From Lama guanicoe (lineage: Eukaryota): a stretch of 64,000 nucleotides of DNA. The translations under genes and the position numbers were made by a program. The DNA lies in the NCBI GenBank assembly GCA_013239625.1, contig MU054187.1:14790974-14854973 (forward strand), given 5' to 3'. The notes under the pieces were generated by a model that worked only from the letters and a program-made list of their open reading frames with translations, was not told the DNA's origin and ran no database searches. Below, in pieces: positions 12,230 to 23,870 of this stretch. Position 1 is the stretch's first letter, and every line of letters begins with the position of its first letter.

Positions 12230-13090
12230 GGTTTTCCCATCTGATTCCAGCTAGTCTGAAAGTCAGTGTCCCCAAACAGAACTGATGACCCGTGTCTCTT
12301 TCCTAACCCCTGGCTTTCCACACTCACCATCTCTCAAATCAGACTCTTCATGTCTTTCCGAGTCACTCAGCTTGGAATCTCTAGAGCTACCCTTCGTGTG
12401 TTCCTTCCTCTCCCTTTCTTCCCAGATTCCATTAGTCACCAAGGCCTCCCTGCCAATTCCATCTTTTCCCCAAGAGTTTCTGAAACCCTCCTCTTTTCCG
12501 TGCCTGATTTTGGGTCTCATCCTTGTAGCCATTTTTGATGGACTCAGTTCCTTTTTCCAGATGGAGCTAAGGAGATGATTTCAATGTACGACTACAACGA
12601 CCCCCTCATGGCTTCTAGCAGAAGTGCTAACCTCAGACTGCTTCTCGGGATCTGGATTTGACCTACACTCCAAGCCTTGTCTTTTGCCACCTCCCCCTTG
12701 TGAGTCCCAGCTGCAGTGCTGATCTGTCTGCAGTTCCATGACTGTGCCTTTGCCTCCATCCTTGCTCATCCTCCTAGGGAATTTTAGTGTATCCATGAGT
12801 TCTTAGTTCATATATCACCTCCTCTGTGATGTCTCCCCTGACCCAGTTCAGACTTAGGCATTCTCTTTTTTACAACTCTTTATCATTCATCTATTTAAAT
12901 TTTACTTAAAAAAATACTGAGTTTCCATCAAATGCCAAGCAAACTGATCAGTGCAGCTTTTATGTTGAGTTATTTGTTTCATGTGTAGCTAGTAAACCTT
13001 TGAGGGCTGGGCACTGGCTTTCTTGATGTGGTTTTCCTAGGATCTAGGTTAGCTCCCTGCATGTAGTATGTGCTCAATAAATGCTGACAG
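12230..13090 (+). mobile_element. L2 fragments ending in an L2 3' terminus
   Basis: Pyrimidine-rich L2-like text, ending gtagtatgtgctcaataaatgctg. Confidence 0.5.
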
Positions 13091-16039
13091 TATAAATCAG
13101 GATAAAATGATAGTATTTCCTAAACAGAAAATCAGGACAGATGGTCTGGCAAAGCATTCTTTTCTTATGAGTGGATGTATTTATATAGATTCTTATTTAA
13201 AAATTACTTTTTCCCCCTGTTGGTTACGTTGGAAACAACAAAAGGACATAGAAGAGGACAATTCCCCCAAAGAGGTGTACTCTCATCATGGAGTCACTTT
13301 CTTTAGGTGGAATTGGGGCTCCCCTGGGACCTTGGGTTTCCACAGTTCATGAGAATTAAGCTTCTTCCTCACTAGCGCCCTGTTCCTTTAAGGTCTGAAG
13401 TTCTGTCCTGGTCTGGAAGGAGTAGAGATGCTTTCTCCTGTGGCTTTCCGAGAATCCGCCTTTATGTTACAGCATTTTATCACAAGCCAGTTCTGTAACA
13501 AGAAAGCATGTCTCTATCCTACTTCACCCTTTAATCCTTCTGTCCTTGAACTTGTTTTTTGACATGCAGGCTATTTCCAGATCTGCTTTCATCCCAGGTT
13601 TGCTGTGGCACATGTACACTGGGCAGCCCTTTGAGGCAGAATGGCTGGAAATGAGCAGTGATGAGCTCTATTTATATTCCGAACCTCTCCAGCCCCAGCC
13701 TCAGGACACAGAGCTAGAGCAAAATGGATCCTACCTGTGATCACTTTCAAGACACTATCTCATTCTTCTCTGTGGTCAAAGTCCCAGACTGAGGCCTGGG
13801 GGTGGTTTATTTCAACTGTGAGCTCTTGTGTTTCTGGAATGGAGGTGTGGCTGAAGCCGTCCCGCGGGGTAGAGAGTAGTATGCAAGGACCCAGAATGTT
13901 TTTTTTTCCCCAACAGAACTATCAGTATGGAAACATACAGAACTTGGAAGTTGCTATTAATGTGGCATAACTAATTAGTGATTTAAAGAACTTTGAAAGC
14001 ACAGGGAGTTCTATAACAAGATGATGTTTATAGTAAAAATGATCTTGGGCTGCGGAAATGTACTAGACATGCAGTTTATATAAGGAAAGAATGTCCTTCC
14101 CTCCCTGATACAGGCCTCTGCTGCTTTTAGAAAGTAGTTGGGCTTTCTTTGATGGGCAGTGACCAGTTCATACACTATCCGTGATGCTGTAATCAAGACC
14201 CAAAGTCTCTTCCTAACTGATTGCATCGAATCATAGTGTGCGCTCATCAGGGAGCTCACACCTCACAGACTAATGCGTTGACAGCTCAGTTGTTCCGGCT
14301 GAAAGTGAGTAGCTGCGTCACGTGGTGACCTCATCTTTTCCATAGTCACCACCGTCAGTTCATTTCAGACCAAGGTCTACTGACTTTGTCTCTGAGTTTA
14401 AAAGTGTCCCCATTTGGAAATTTTATTTCTATGCCATGATTACTATATCTTTATAAGTTGAAAAATGTAAGTCATATGTAAATATATACGAATATATAAA
14501 CTGTATACATACAATTTTTAAAAGTCTCTTCTGGGCTCACACATTCCTTCTGGGAAACTTACATCCTTTTATTCACGGGGTGGCAAACTCAGATAAATGT
14601 CTCATATGGCCCTTTATTTATGGGAGCTGGAAAACTGCCCCGTGTGCCCTGCTGGTGGGGATCTCTGTCGTGACACTGAGATCCTCCAACTCTTTTGAGA
14701 GGGTTGGGAGTCACAGGTGGAGTTCTGCCAAGTTCTTTCAGCCGCCTCCGACCTGAAATTTTAAGTGTTCTCTCTGAGCTACCACCTTGGAGCCAAGAGA
14801 GACGTTTCTACCGTGCAGCATGGATTCCCAGCAGAGACCTGTGGGCAGGAGCTGCTGGGTCAATCAAAACTTACAACTGCTTCTTAGACTTACAACCGCA
14901 AAGTCCACTTTACATGCACACATTTCCTAGCATTTTCAAATGCCTTTCAGCTTTCCACTAAGCCTCGAGCTGAAAGCAGCTGCTTAGTTTAATATGCAGA
15001 TGCATTTATTAAAAACTTAATTCTATTTGGTCTCTATTAAGTGTCAGATTTGTGATTCGCTGCAGAGCCCTGTTCTGCAGGACTACACGAACTGGAAGGC
15101 ATATTCTTCCTCCAGCGGTGGCATGGAGTCTTCAGTCACAGCGTGTGAGGAAGCAAAAATAAGCCCCTACAGTGAGAGCAATAATGCTGCCTGTAATACT
15201 GCAGAACCACCCTGCCCGGGGAAATGCAGCGACAACTTAATTGAACAATTGTTTCAGCAACTGGTGGAGTTTTACATTTTCGGAACAAGACCATCAATTA
15301 CCATAAAAACAGAACATCCTGTGTTTCTCACATTTGAAGCAATATATAGCAATTAGAGGATGGGCTCCATTGTGTGCAGAGCTCAAAGAAAGTGTGAAAC
15401 CTGAATTCTGATGGACTCTATGGGAACTCAGCTCATTTCCTTGCAAGGATCCTCTTTGAGGAAATTGATCACTGCTTACAGGGCTGCTTTTCTGTGCCTT
15501 CAGAGAATTTGAGGAGATGCCTCTGAATTTATGCCCTCTTACCCAGTCCCCTTTACTCTACTTGCCGCTTTTATTTCTGGCTAGCCTCTGTGCTGTCCCA
15601 CACGGAGACTGCTACCCAAAGCTATGGGCTCGAGATGCTGCGTGCAGAGCCGGTGTGATGTGGATGTGAGTGAGTAGATTATAGAGCAGGCGATTCTCTG
15701 AGACCAACAGCGATGGAAATCTCAACGGCTTCTAAGTTACCTGGGAATGTCAGCGCTGTCACACCTGTAGCTGGCAGCTCAAATAACATTTAGCTCACAA
15801 TTCACCAGTTAATTAAAGTATAAGTTATATGTACATAATTATTTAAGATGAAAGGCGCTGAGCGCATAACTAACCTCAAAAAGAGCTCTGTTGAACTTGT
15901 CATGATGGATGGAGTTACGTTGGGCTGTTACAAGACAGCCAGATGTTTTGCTCTGTTACCATCATGGATGCCAAAATTGAATCTCACACAATGTTTCTGT
16001 TTCCATGTGTACCATCACCTTCATGCTCAAATGATAGCC

Positions 16040-16260
16040 AACATTTATTGACTGTTTACTATACACTTGGCACTGGCTAAGTGTTTTACAAGTGTTCGTT
16101 TAGTACTATACCAAACCTGAGAGAGAGATACTGTTACTAACCTCATTTCACAGAAGCTGGGGCAGAGTGCTAAATAACATTCCTGAAGCCAGGCAGTCGA
16201 TCAGTAAGCAGGGATCTGAACCCAAGCTGCCAGCTCCAAGGGTTCCATACTCCACCACGA
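16040..16260 (-). mobile_element. MIR
   Basis: acatttattgactgtttactatacacttggcactggctaagtgttttaca...ctcatttcacagaagctggggcagag...gggatctgaacccaag. Confidence 0.7.
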
Positions 16261-18949
16261 GAGCACAGCCACCCTCGAGCTGACAAGCATCCCTTTTGCT
16301 AACTTTGCCTGAAACTCTTTGCTCATGTTGTTCTGGCACTGAGCTAAAGATGCCGAGGTCATGGGGATAATCCTCCTGTGTGTCTGTCCTGCTTTTCCAT
16401 AGCTGTTGAGTGCACTGTTAATGCTGGATGTCTGCTCACCCTGAGAGCCCGAGTGAGAGGGTGCGGATGGTTTGAATGACTCCATCTCCATTATTGGAAA
16501 AGCAGCTCACATGATTTGCTCAATGAGAGGAGGGAGGGTCGACTTTATCTTTGTGTGGATCTCGTAATTCCCAAATTGAGCAGTCAAGTGAGACCCCCTT
16601 AAGCTCAGTTCCTTCTGCGTCACAGGAAGAGGATGAACTCATAAAGGTACAATGTGAGATGAGACAGGCATGTGAGACAAATGGGTTTGGATGGAGAACA
16701 CAGTGAGAGTGGATGTGGGGGCTAATAAAATTCTAGGAATTCGAGTTTTAAGACATTACAATTTAAGACTCTTTTTCACCCCCTGTGCCAGTTCCAAATT
16801 GAGTGAAGGATGGAACTAAGAGAAAGGCAGATCCCGAGAGCCACCCTTGAATTAGACAGGCACCTTCACCAGCCACTGGACCAGCAGGACAGGGCTGGCC
16901 TCACCTGCTACTTAGGCTCCTTGCCATGTCCCCAAGAGAGCAGCCCCAAGCACACTCATCTGCAGTCAGGCTGGCTCCGAATGAGAACCCAAAGTGGGTT
17001 GAGTGGAGCATGCCCAGTTCATTTCTCCAAACTCATCAGACACACTTCACTTCTCCAGGGTATGGGCTGGGTGGGGTGGGTGAAGAGCACTGTTAGTGCA
17101 GTTGACGTCCTTCTCAGGGGGGGCCAAAAGGAGATGAGCTGTGGGAAACAAGGTCTTTGCTAACTCCAAGCCAAGTTTTATATAAATGTGGACATGTACA
17201 ATCAAATAGGGATGTGATTATAGATACAATAAAATGCACGTGAATGAATGACTGAGGAACAAACATTGGGAGGCTGTCAGGGCAGCAAGGCTTTTTGATG
17301 TCCTCCCCGAGGAGGTCCAGAAGTGACCCTCAGTGTTACATAAAAAGTTATGACAATAGATAAGATGCAATGGCCCAAAACTATTGCTTTGCTAGAGAAA
17401 AGTCATATCACTTTTTTTCCCTCCTTTCCAGTTATTGAAAACTGTGGAGGTACAAGCGAAAGTTTTAAAAGTAAGACCACGTACCAAATGTCCAGTGGAG
17501 GACAGGCCATTAACAGAAAGATCCTGTGGTCCTAGATGGCCTGGCCTGGAGATGATGATCCAACTTAGATCCCGAGGAAGATGCCCCAAGAAGATGTTTG
17601 AATTCTTCTGCCTTGTGCGTGAGGTAGAGGACAGATACAGATTCGTTACCTGGGGTATTTGGGGTTCCCTTTGAAAATACTGAGTTTTTAACTGTAATTT
17701 CTAAATTCTTCTTGCATTTATTTCCGAAAACTCTGTAGTAAGGTTGTCTGTAGATACTTTAAGTATCCCCAGGGGCACTGCAGAAGAGCTAGTGTTGAGA
17801 ACTGACACATCGCCCAAAGCCAACCGTCTGGAGAATGCAGGTAAACTGACATCGACACAGCTCTTTACAGCTCTGCTGTTCACATGTCATTTTGTTGATC
17901 ACACCGAGACATGCTTAGAACTGCTGTGGTGGCCTAACCTCTCTGTGCTTCAGCTTCCTGTTTGCAAAAATAAATGCTACAACTTTTTTCCCCCAAAGAG
18001 AAATACAAGCAATTATCTACGGGTGTCTGATGTTGCTTGGAAGAAGGGAAGTGCTTTAACAGGAGGCTTCCAAATGGTAGCATGTGAAAGACTTGGTTAG
18101 TTCTGAATGTTAATTTAAAAGCATTTGGCTTGAAACATTTCTTTCGGGGGTGGCTGTTTCTTTTCGGGAGTTGTATCTTGCTTATTTGCTGTACGTGTGA
18201 CTTCTTACTCAGGCCCTCCTTTTAAGCCTCAGTGAAGGATACCAACAATTATCTTCCTCCTCCTCATCTTTCAGACAATGTCCTTATCCCCCTGCCCCTA
18301 GAAGCATATATGACAAAGTGCTTAGCAGTTACTCTAGTGAGCTATGCTGGTCCTTACTCCTTTGCACTATCAAGAGTGTTTCTTAGAGGGAGACTGTTTA
18401 CAATTTCATCTCTTGCTTCTGGTTTGGATTTGTGGGCATAGTAATGTGCATCATCCCCTAATCTCCCTTCCCTCTAGGGGGGTCCCATGCAGCCATCCAG
18501 CCTAGGCTGAGACTCTGGTCAGTGCCTGGAGCTCTCCAGTAAGAGACCAGGCATTAGTTACACTGGCCCGTAGGTTTGTGCAGATAATATGTTCTTAGTC
18601 TCTTTTTTTTTTTTTTGCATTTTTTATTGAGTAATAGTCATTTTACAATGTTGTGTCAAATTCTAGTGTAGAGCACAATTTTTCAGTTATACATGAACAT
18701 ATATGTATTCATTGTCACTTCTTTTTTGCACTATGAGCTACCACAAGATCTTGTATATATTTCCCTGTGCTATTCCCTGGAGAATGCAGGTAAACTGAAA
18801 TTGACACAGCTCTTTACAGCTATGCTGTTCACATTGCCATTTTGTTGATCACACCGAGATGGTATAAACTTGTTTGTCTATTCTGCATTTTAAAATCCCA
18901 GCCTGTCCCTTCCCACCCCCTGCCCCCTTGGCAACCACAAGTTTGTATT

Positions 18950-19370
18950 CTACGTCTGAGTCTGTTTCTGTTTTGTATTTACGTTTTGGTTTGTTTTTTT
19001 TTTTAGATACCTCATATGAGCAATCTCATGGTATTTTTCTTTCTCTTCCTGGCTTACTTCACTTAGAATGACATTCTCCAGGAGCATCCATGTTGCTGCA
19101 AATGGCGTTATGTTGTCGGTTTTTTTGGCTGAATAGTTTTCCATTGTATAAATATACCACATCTTCTTTATCCAGTCATCTGTTGATGGACATTTAGGCT
19201 GTTTCCATGTCTTGGCTATTGTAAATAGTGCTGCTGTGAACATTGGGGTGCAGGTGTCATTTTGAAGTAGGGTTCCTTCTGGATATATGCCCAAGAGCAG
19301 GATTCCTGGGTCGTATGGTAAGTCTATTCCTAGTCTTTTGAGGAATCTCCATACTGTTTTCCACAGTGGC
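18950..19370 (-). pseudogene. L1 ORF2 C-terminal remnant
   Basis: The translation [51 protein letters not shown]...SEVSQ matches the conserved mammalian ORF2p C-terminus. Confidence 0.92.
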
Positions 19371-19512
19371 TTTCCTTGCTTCCTTCTCTCACTCTTAATG
19401 ATTTAGATGTCTTCTTTTACGATTTTGTGTTTATTCTTTTTGTAATTCATGGCAGTTATCTCCTTTCCAGTTACGAGTTTCTCATTTTTGTAGCATCCTG
19501 CTTCTTTTCTAT

Positions 19513-20420
19513 TTAGAGTAGACCTGTCAATATTTCTTTTAGCATGGGTTTAGTGTTGCTAAACTCTTTGTTTTTGCTTGTCTGTGAAGTTCTTTATCTC
19601 TCCTCCTATTCTAAAGGATAGCCTTGCTGGATAGAGTATCCTATGCTGTATCTTTTTTTTCATTCAGGACTTTGAATATACCTTGCCAACTCCCTTCTGG
19701 CCTGTAGTGTTTGTGTAGAGAAATCAGCTGAGAGCCTTATGGGGTTCCCTTATAACTCACTCTTTGTTGTTCTTTTGCTGCCTTTAGGATCATTTCTTTA
19801 TCTTTGACTCTGGCCATCTTGATTATATGTCTTGGTATGGGTTTGTTTGGGTTCTTCCTGTTTGGGACCCTCTGAGCCTTTTGTACTTGGATATCTGATT
19901 CCTTCTTTAGGTTTGGGAAGTTTTCAGTCATGATTTCTTCAAATACCTTTTCAGTCCCCTTTGTTCTTTCTTCCCCTGCTGGAACCCCTATTATGTGTAG
20001 CTTGGCATGCTTTATATTATCCTATAGGTCCCTTATATTGTTTTCATTGATTTTTATTTGTTTTTCTCTCAGCTGTTCTGATTGGGTGCTTTCTGTTGTC
20101 CTGTCTTCTAGGTCATTTATTCGTTCCTCTGTGTGATCTAGCTTCTTTGTACAGCCTTTACTGCTTTGCACAGCCTTTAGGTCAGCTCTCATCTCAGCAA
20201 ACGAGTTTACTAATTCTACTTGGTTCTTCTTTATAGCTTCTATTTCATTTTTGACATATTTTGTATCTCTAAACACTATTTCTTTTAGTTCCTTCAGTAC
20301 TTTGATCACTCCTTTTTTGAAATCTTGATCTAGTCGGCCATCAGTGTGTATTTCCCTGATGGTGCTTTCAGGGGATTTCTCTTGATCTTTTAATTGGGAG
20401 TGGTTCCTCTGCTTCTTCAT
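19513..20420 (-). pseudogene. L1 ORF1 (disrupted by stops/frameshifts)
   Basis: Segments MKKQRNHSQLKDQEKSPE...EERINDLEDR (coiled coil) and ENFPNLKKESDIQVQKAQRVP...PRHIIKM..KDKEMILKAAKE..VSYKGTP (RRM/CTD). Ends ...KEILTGLL* at 19513. Confidence 0.9.
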
Positions 20421-21768
20421 GTTGCTGATACCTCTCTGGCACTGTGGCTTAAGGAGCATCAGTTACCTAGTTCTCCTGGAGACAGTGTGCTCTTAATTAT
20501 TTTATTGAGAGGTCTTAGTGTCTTCGCCCTGTTTCACGAACTCAGCTTGCTGTTTCCAGAGGCCCTCTGTTGGTGCCCTTGTTTGTGTTGCTCCCAGTGG
20601 CTGTTGGCTAGCAGATTGCGCTCCCTCCCAACATTGGGTCAGGTGCTGAGCTCTTACCCAGTGGGCAGGCAGGTCACTCCCCCTCCCGATGCTGCAGTCA
20701 GATGCTGCACTCGGGTGAGGCAGGTGGGCATATTGTGCTCCCTCCCAGCACTATGGTCAGGTGCTGCATTCCTGCCAGGAAGGCAGGTGGCCACCGCCCT
20801 CTCCTGGCACAGGTCGCTCCGCTGCTCTGTGCCGCTGCCTGCACCTTCTCGGGTCGGTGCTCCGAAGGCGGGCTCGGGGAAAACCGTGGATCGGCCCCGC
20901 CTCTGCTCTGTGCCAAATCTCAGCTCCTTGTTTGTCTTGGTGGCAGGAGTTCTCTGAGGTGCCAGGACAGAAAGACCCTATCTGCCTCAGGCTGTAAACA
21001 AGTCTCAGTCCTGCCTAAGAGATTGTGGAGCCCTCGGTGCGGATTCAGGTCTCGGCCTCACCCCCGCCCGGGCGCTGCACACAGGAGGAGATGGTGGCTG
21101 TGGCTGCGCCCTGCCCCTCTTCTCAAGAGAAGCGCCAGTAATGGCAGTGTGGGTCTGAGGAGACAAAGGCTACAGTGCCCCTCCCCCCAGGGCACACCAG
21201 CCGTGTTGCTTTGCTTTTTTTGCAATTTATGGGGGACCGAGGTGGTTCTACTCCGTATCCCCTCCCAGCCACAGCGTGCAGCCCCTTGCAGTCCCCGGGA
21301 CTGCCTCAGTGCAGCCTCCCCAGTCCTCCTCCCAGCTTGGGCGGCCCATCCCGGCCCCCAGCTGCCAGCTGACATCTCGGGCTGGGTGTCGTGGCACCCT
21401 TTGTGCCCGTTTAACTCAGTTCTGTTGGTCACGGGGTGCTCGGGGCAGATCTGAGCCTCGGAGGCTCCCTCTCCGTCCCACTGGCCTCTCCGTTGGAGGT
21501 GGGAGACCCAGCGAACGAGCGCCAGTCCTCCTTTGCCGCTCCCTCCCGGCGAGACCAGTCCCACGCTGTTTTGCTTTTTCTTGTTTCTTTTTTCCTTTAT
21601 TCCTACTAGATTTTTGGTGTCTTTGTCTTTTGAAGAGGGCGATGTTCTGTCAAAGTTCAGCAGGTGCTCTGGTTGGCTGAGTAGGTCCGTAGATGGGAGT
21701 TTTGGTGTATTTGTGGGAGAGGGTGAGCTACAAGCATCTTTCTACTCTGCCATCTTGCTTGTCTCTCC
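20421..21768 (-). promoter_or_regulatory. L1 5'UTR internal promoter, CpG-rich, with 5' YY1 motif
   Basis: GC/CpG-rich relative to the window. The YY1-type motif caagatggc (gccatcttg on +, 21749-21757) lies ~12 nt from the element start. Confidence 0.75.
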
Positions 21769-21829
21769 TCTTAGTCTCATTTTGATGATTAATAATAATA
21801 GTAATAAAAAGATTTGTTGGGTTTATAAA

Positions 21830-22330
21830 ACATTTTTCCTTATGTTATTTCATTAGATCCTCTCAGTGACTCTAGGAGATATTTATAATTTTGGGGGTGC
21901 ATTGGAGAAAATAATTGAGATTTAAAGAAATTAAACATCCCAAACCAGATAAGCCAGTGAGTAAGGAAACCAGGACTGGAATTCAGGTTTTCTGATTCCA
22001 AATCCTTCCTTCTTTCTATGAAAATCACCCTCTCCCTTGCCAGGATAATTTGAAGTAATTGAAAGTTTTAGGTTATGTTCAGTTTCTGGGAATGGATAAT
22101 GGATATGTTTTGAGCACATACCATGCGCCTAGCAGTGTGTGCTTGACCTGGATTATTTCGTGGAGTCCCCACACCCACTCTGTGAGTTATGCACCATCAC
22201 CATCCCCGTCTTTCAGATGAGGAGGTAAATAACTTGGCCATAGTCACAAGGCTCGTAAGTGCAGAGTGGGGATTTGGACCTGGGTCTTGAGTGCCAAAGA
22301 TCAAGCTCTTAACTCCAGCATTATGTTGCC
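21830..22330 (-). mobile_element. Two adjacent MIR fragments (~21830-22010 and ~22105-22330)
   Basis: ccaggactggaattcaggttttctgattccaaa; ccccgtctttcagatgaggagg...gggatttggacctgggtc. Confidence 0.65.
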
Positions 22331-23549
22331 TCCCTGAGGTCTGGTTTAATCTTGATGACATTGAGAGTGGCCTCTGAAGCCAGTAAGTGAGAAATTAGAG
22401 GGCCGAGTCCCATAGGTGCCTGGAAAACACAGTAATGGATCCTTGAAGGACAGGCAGGGCTCTCTCACACCACATGTAACCTGATCTGCTGATGCAGGAA
22501 AGTATGTGATGTGCTGTCCTGAGGTGAAGCCCAGGGGTTTGGAAAGACTTCTGGCTTTTACTGTTGGTCCGTTTAAAGGCAGTTAGAAGACAGAAGGACT
22601 GCTTAGGAAATTATAAACTCATGCACTGAGTTTAAAATGTCCAAGATCGAACTGCTGTGTCTGAAAGGAGACATAATGTAATTCAGCCCCTATGATCAGC
22701 TCGCTCTTCTCATGCAGTTGTCATGCTAGAAAAAAGTGACACAGTATTTTTTCTTTTTTCTAGGATTACAGTATTATCATGGGTTATGTCTTGTGTATGT
22801 GTGATTTTTCAAAAGTGAAGTGGTTTCTTCTCCTCCAAATTTAGTCTCATTATGATAGCAACCAAGAGCTCTAGCAGTAAGATATTTTCTTTCTGTCTCT
22901 TCCCAGGGACATTGCTTTGGGAAAATTTCTAGGGAGCCCTGATTACAGTGCACCTGGGGAAAGATATGATTTGCTGTTTTGTTCACCAACTTGAAAATAT
23001 TGAGAAAGTGCAAATTCCACTGGTAGTCTGGCCTCTGCCCTTGTGAGTTCCTGACATTAGTGTATCGTGATGCCCCTGTTTGATCAAAATTGCTGCTGCA
23101 GTGAGGTGTTGGGGTGTCGTAGAATGTGGGAGAAGCATTTGGTTTAGAATATTATGTGTACAAATTTCTGTATGGAGGGTAACTATATGATTTATTGTGC
23201 AAGCCAGGATGCATTTGAGAGTAAAAGAGGGCACCATGCCTAGTTGTACCAGGACAACAGCCTAGATTACGACTGTCCCAGAGAAACGGGACATATGTTC
23301 ACCCAGCTTTTCTGAGTCATGCTTTGCAAGGAAGAGATTTCTATAAGCTTCATGCCATGTGTTGTCAGTGATTCTCCTCCCACCTGCTTTCTTTTTCCCC
23401 AGATGAGCCACACAGTTATCTAGGGATCATCTAGACACAGAAATACCACTCACTGTTTTACTAACCTGACATCCTCGCAAAGCTGTCCTGGCTTTTACTT
23501 CTTTGACACACAATACGGCGCTACCTTCGGAGCCAGAGCCCCTGGGCAG

Positions 23550-23870
23550 CACGCAGCACTGGCTCTGGGAAGTCAGAAGTCACGGGCTCACCCCTGACAC
23601 TGTGCCTTTCCAGATGTGCAAGCTTAGAGAATTTACTTTTCTTCTCTGAACCTCAGTGTTCCATTCTGTGGTATGGGAATAATAACACCTATTCCAGTTT
23701 ATCTTTTGGGTTTGTTACAAGGGTTAAGGAGCAGAAGGGCAAGATAAACAGTTTCACGTTATACAAATGTTGGTTATTCGTTAAGTATTGCTTTGACTAT
23801 TAACTAGCTGGGGAATTGGGCGAGTTATTTCACCTCTCTGAACCTGCCCCCCCCTTAATCTGTAGAAAGA
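23550..23870 (+). mobile_element. MIR fragments
   Basis: ctctgaacctcagtgttccattctgtggtatgggaataataacacct; actagctggggaattgggcgagttatttcacctctctgaacct. Confidence 0.65.

Larger units (their letters stand above)
18603..21768 (-). mobile_element. LINE-1 with intact termini and a large internal ORF2 deletion
   Basis: Poly(A) (T run 18603-18616), 3'UTR, ORF2 C-terminus, ORF1 and a GC-rich 5'UTR. 10-bp TSD tcttagtctc at 18593-18602 and 21769-21778. Confidence 0.93.

Noticed and set aside
15027..15356. 109-aa ORF in unique sequence
   Set aside because: Non-ATG start, no recognisable homology and no convincing splice-site pair.
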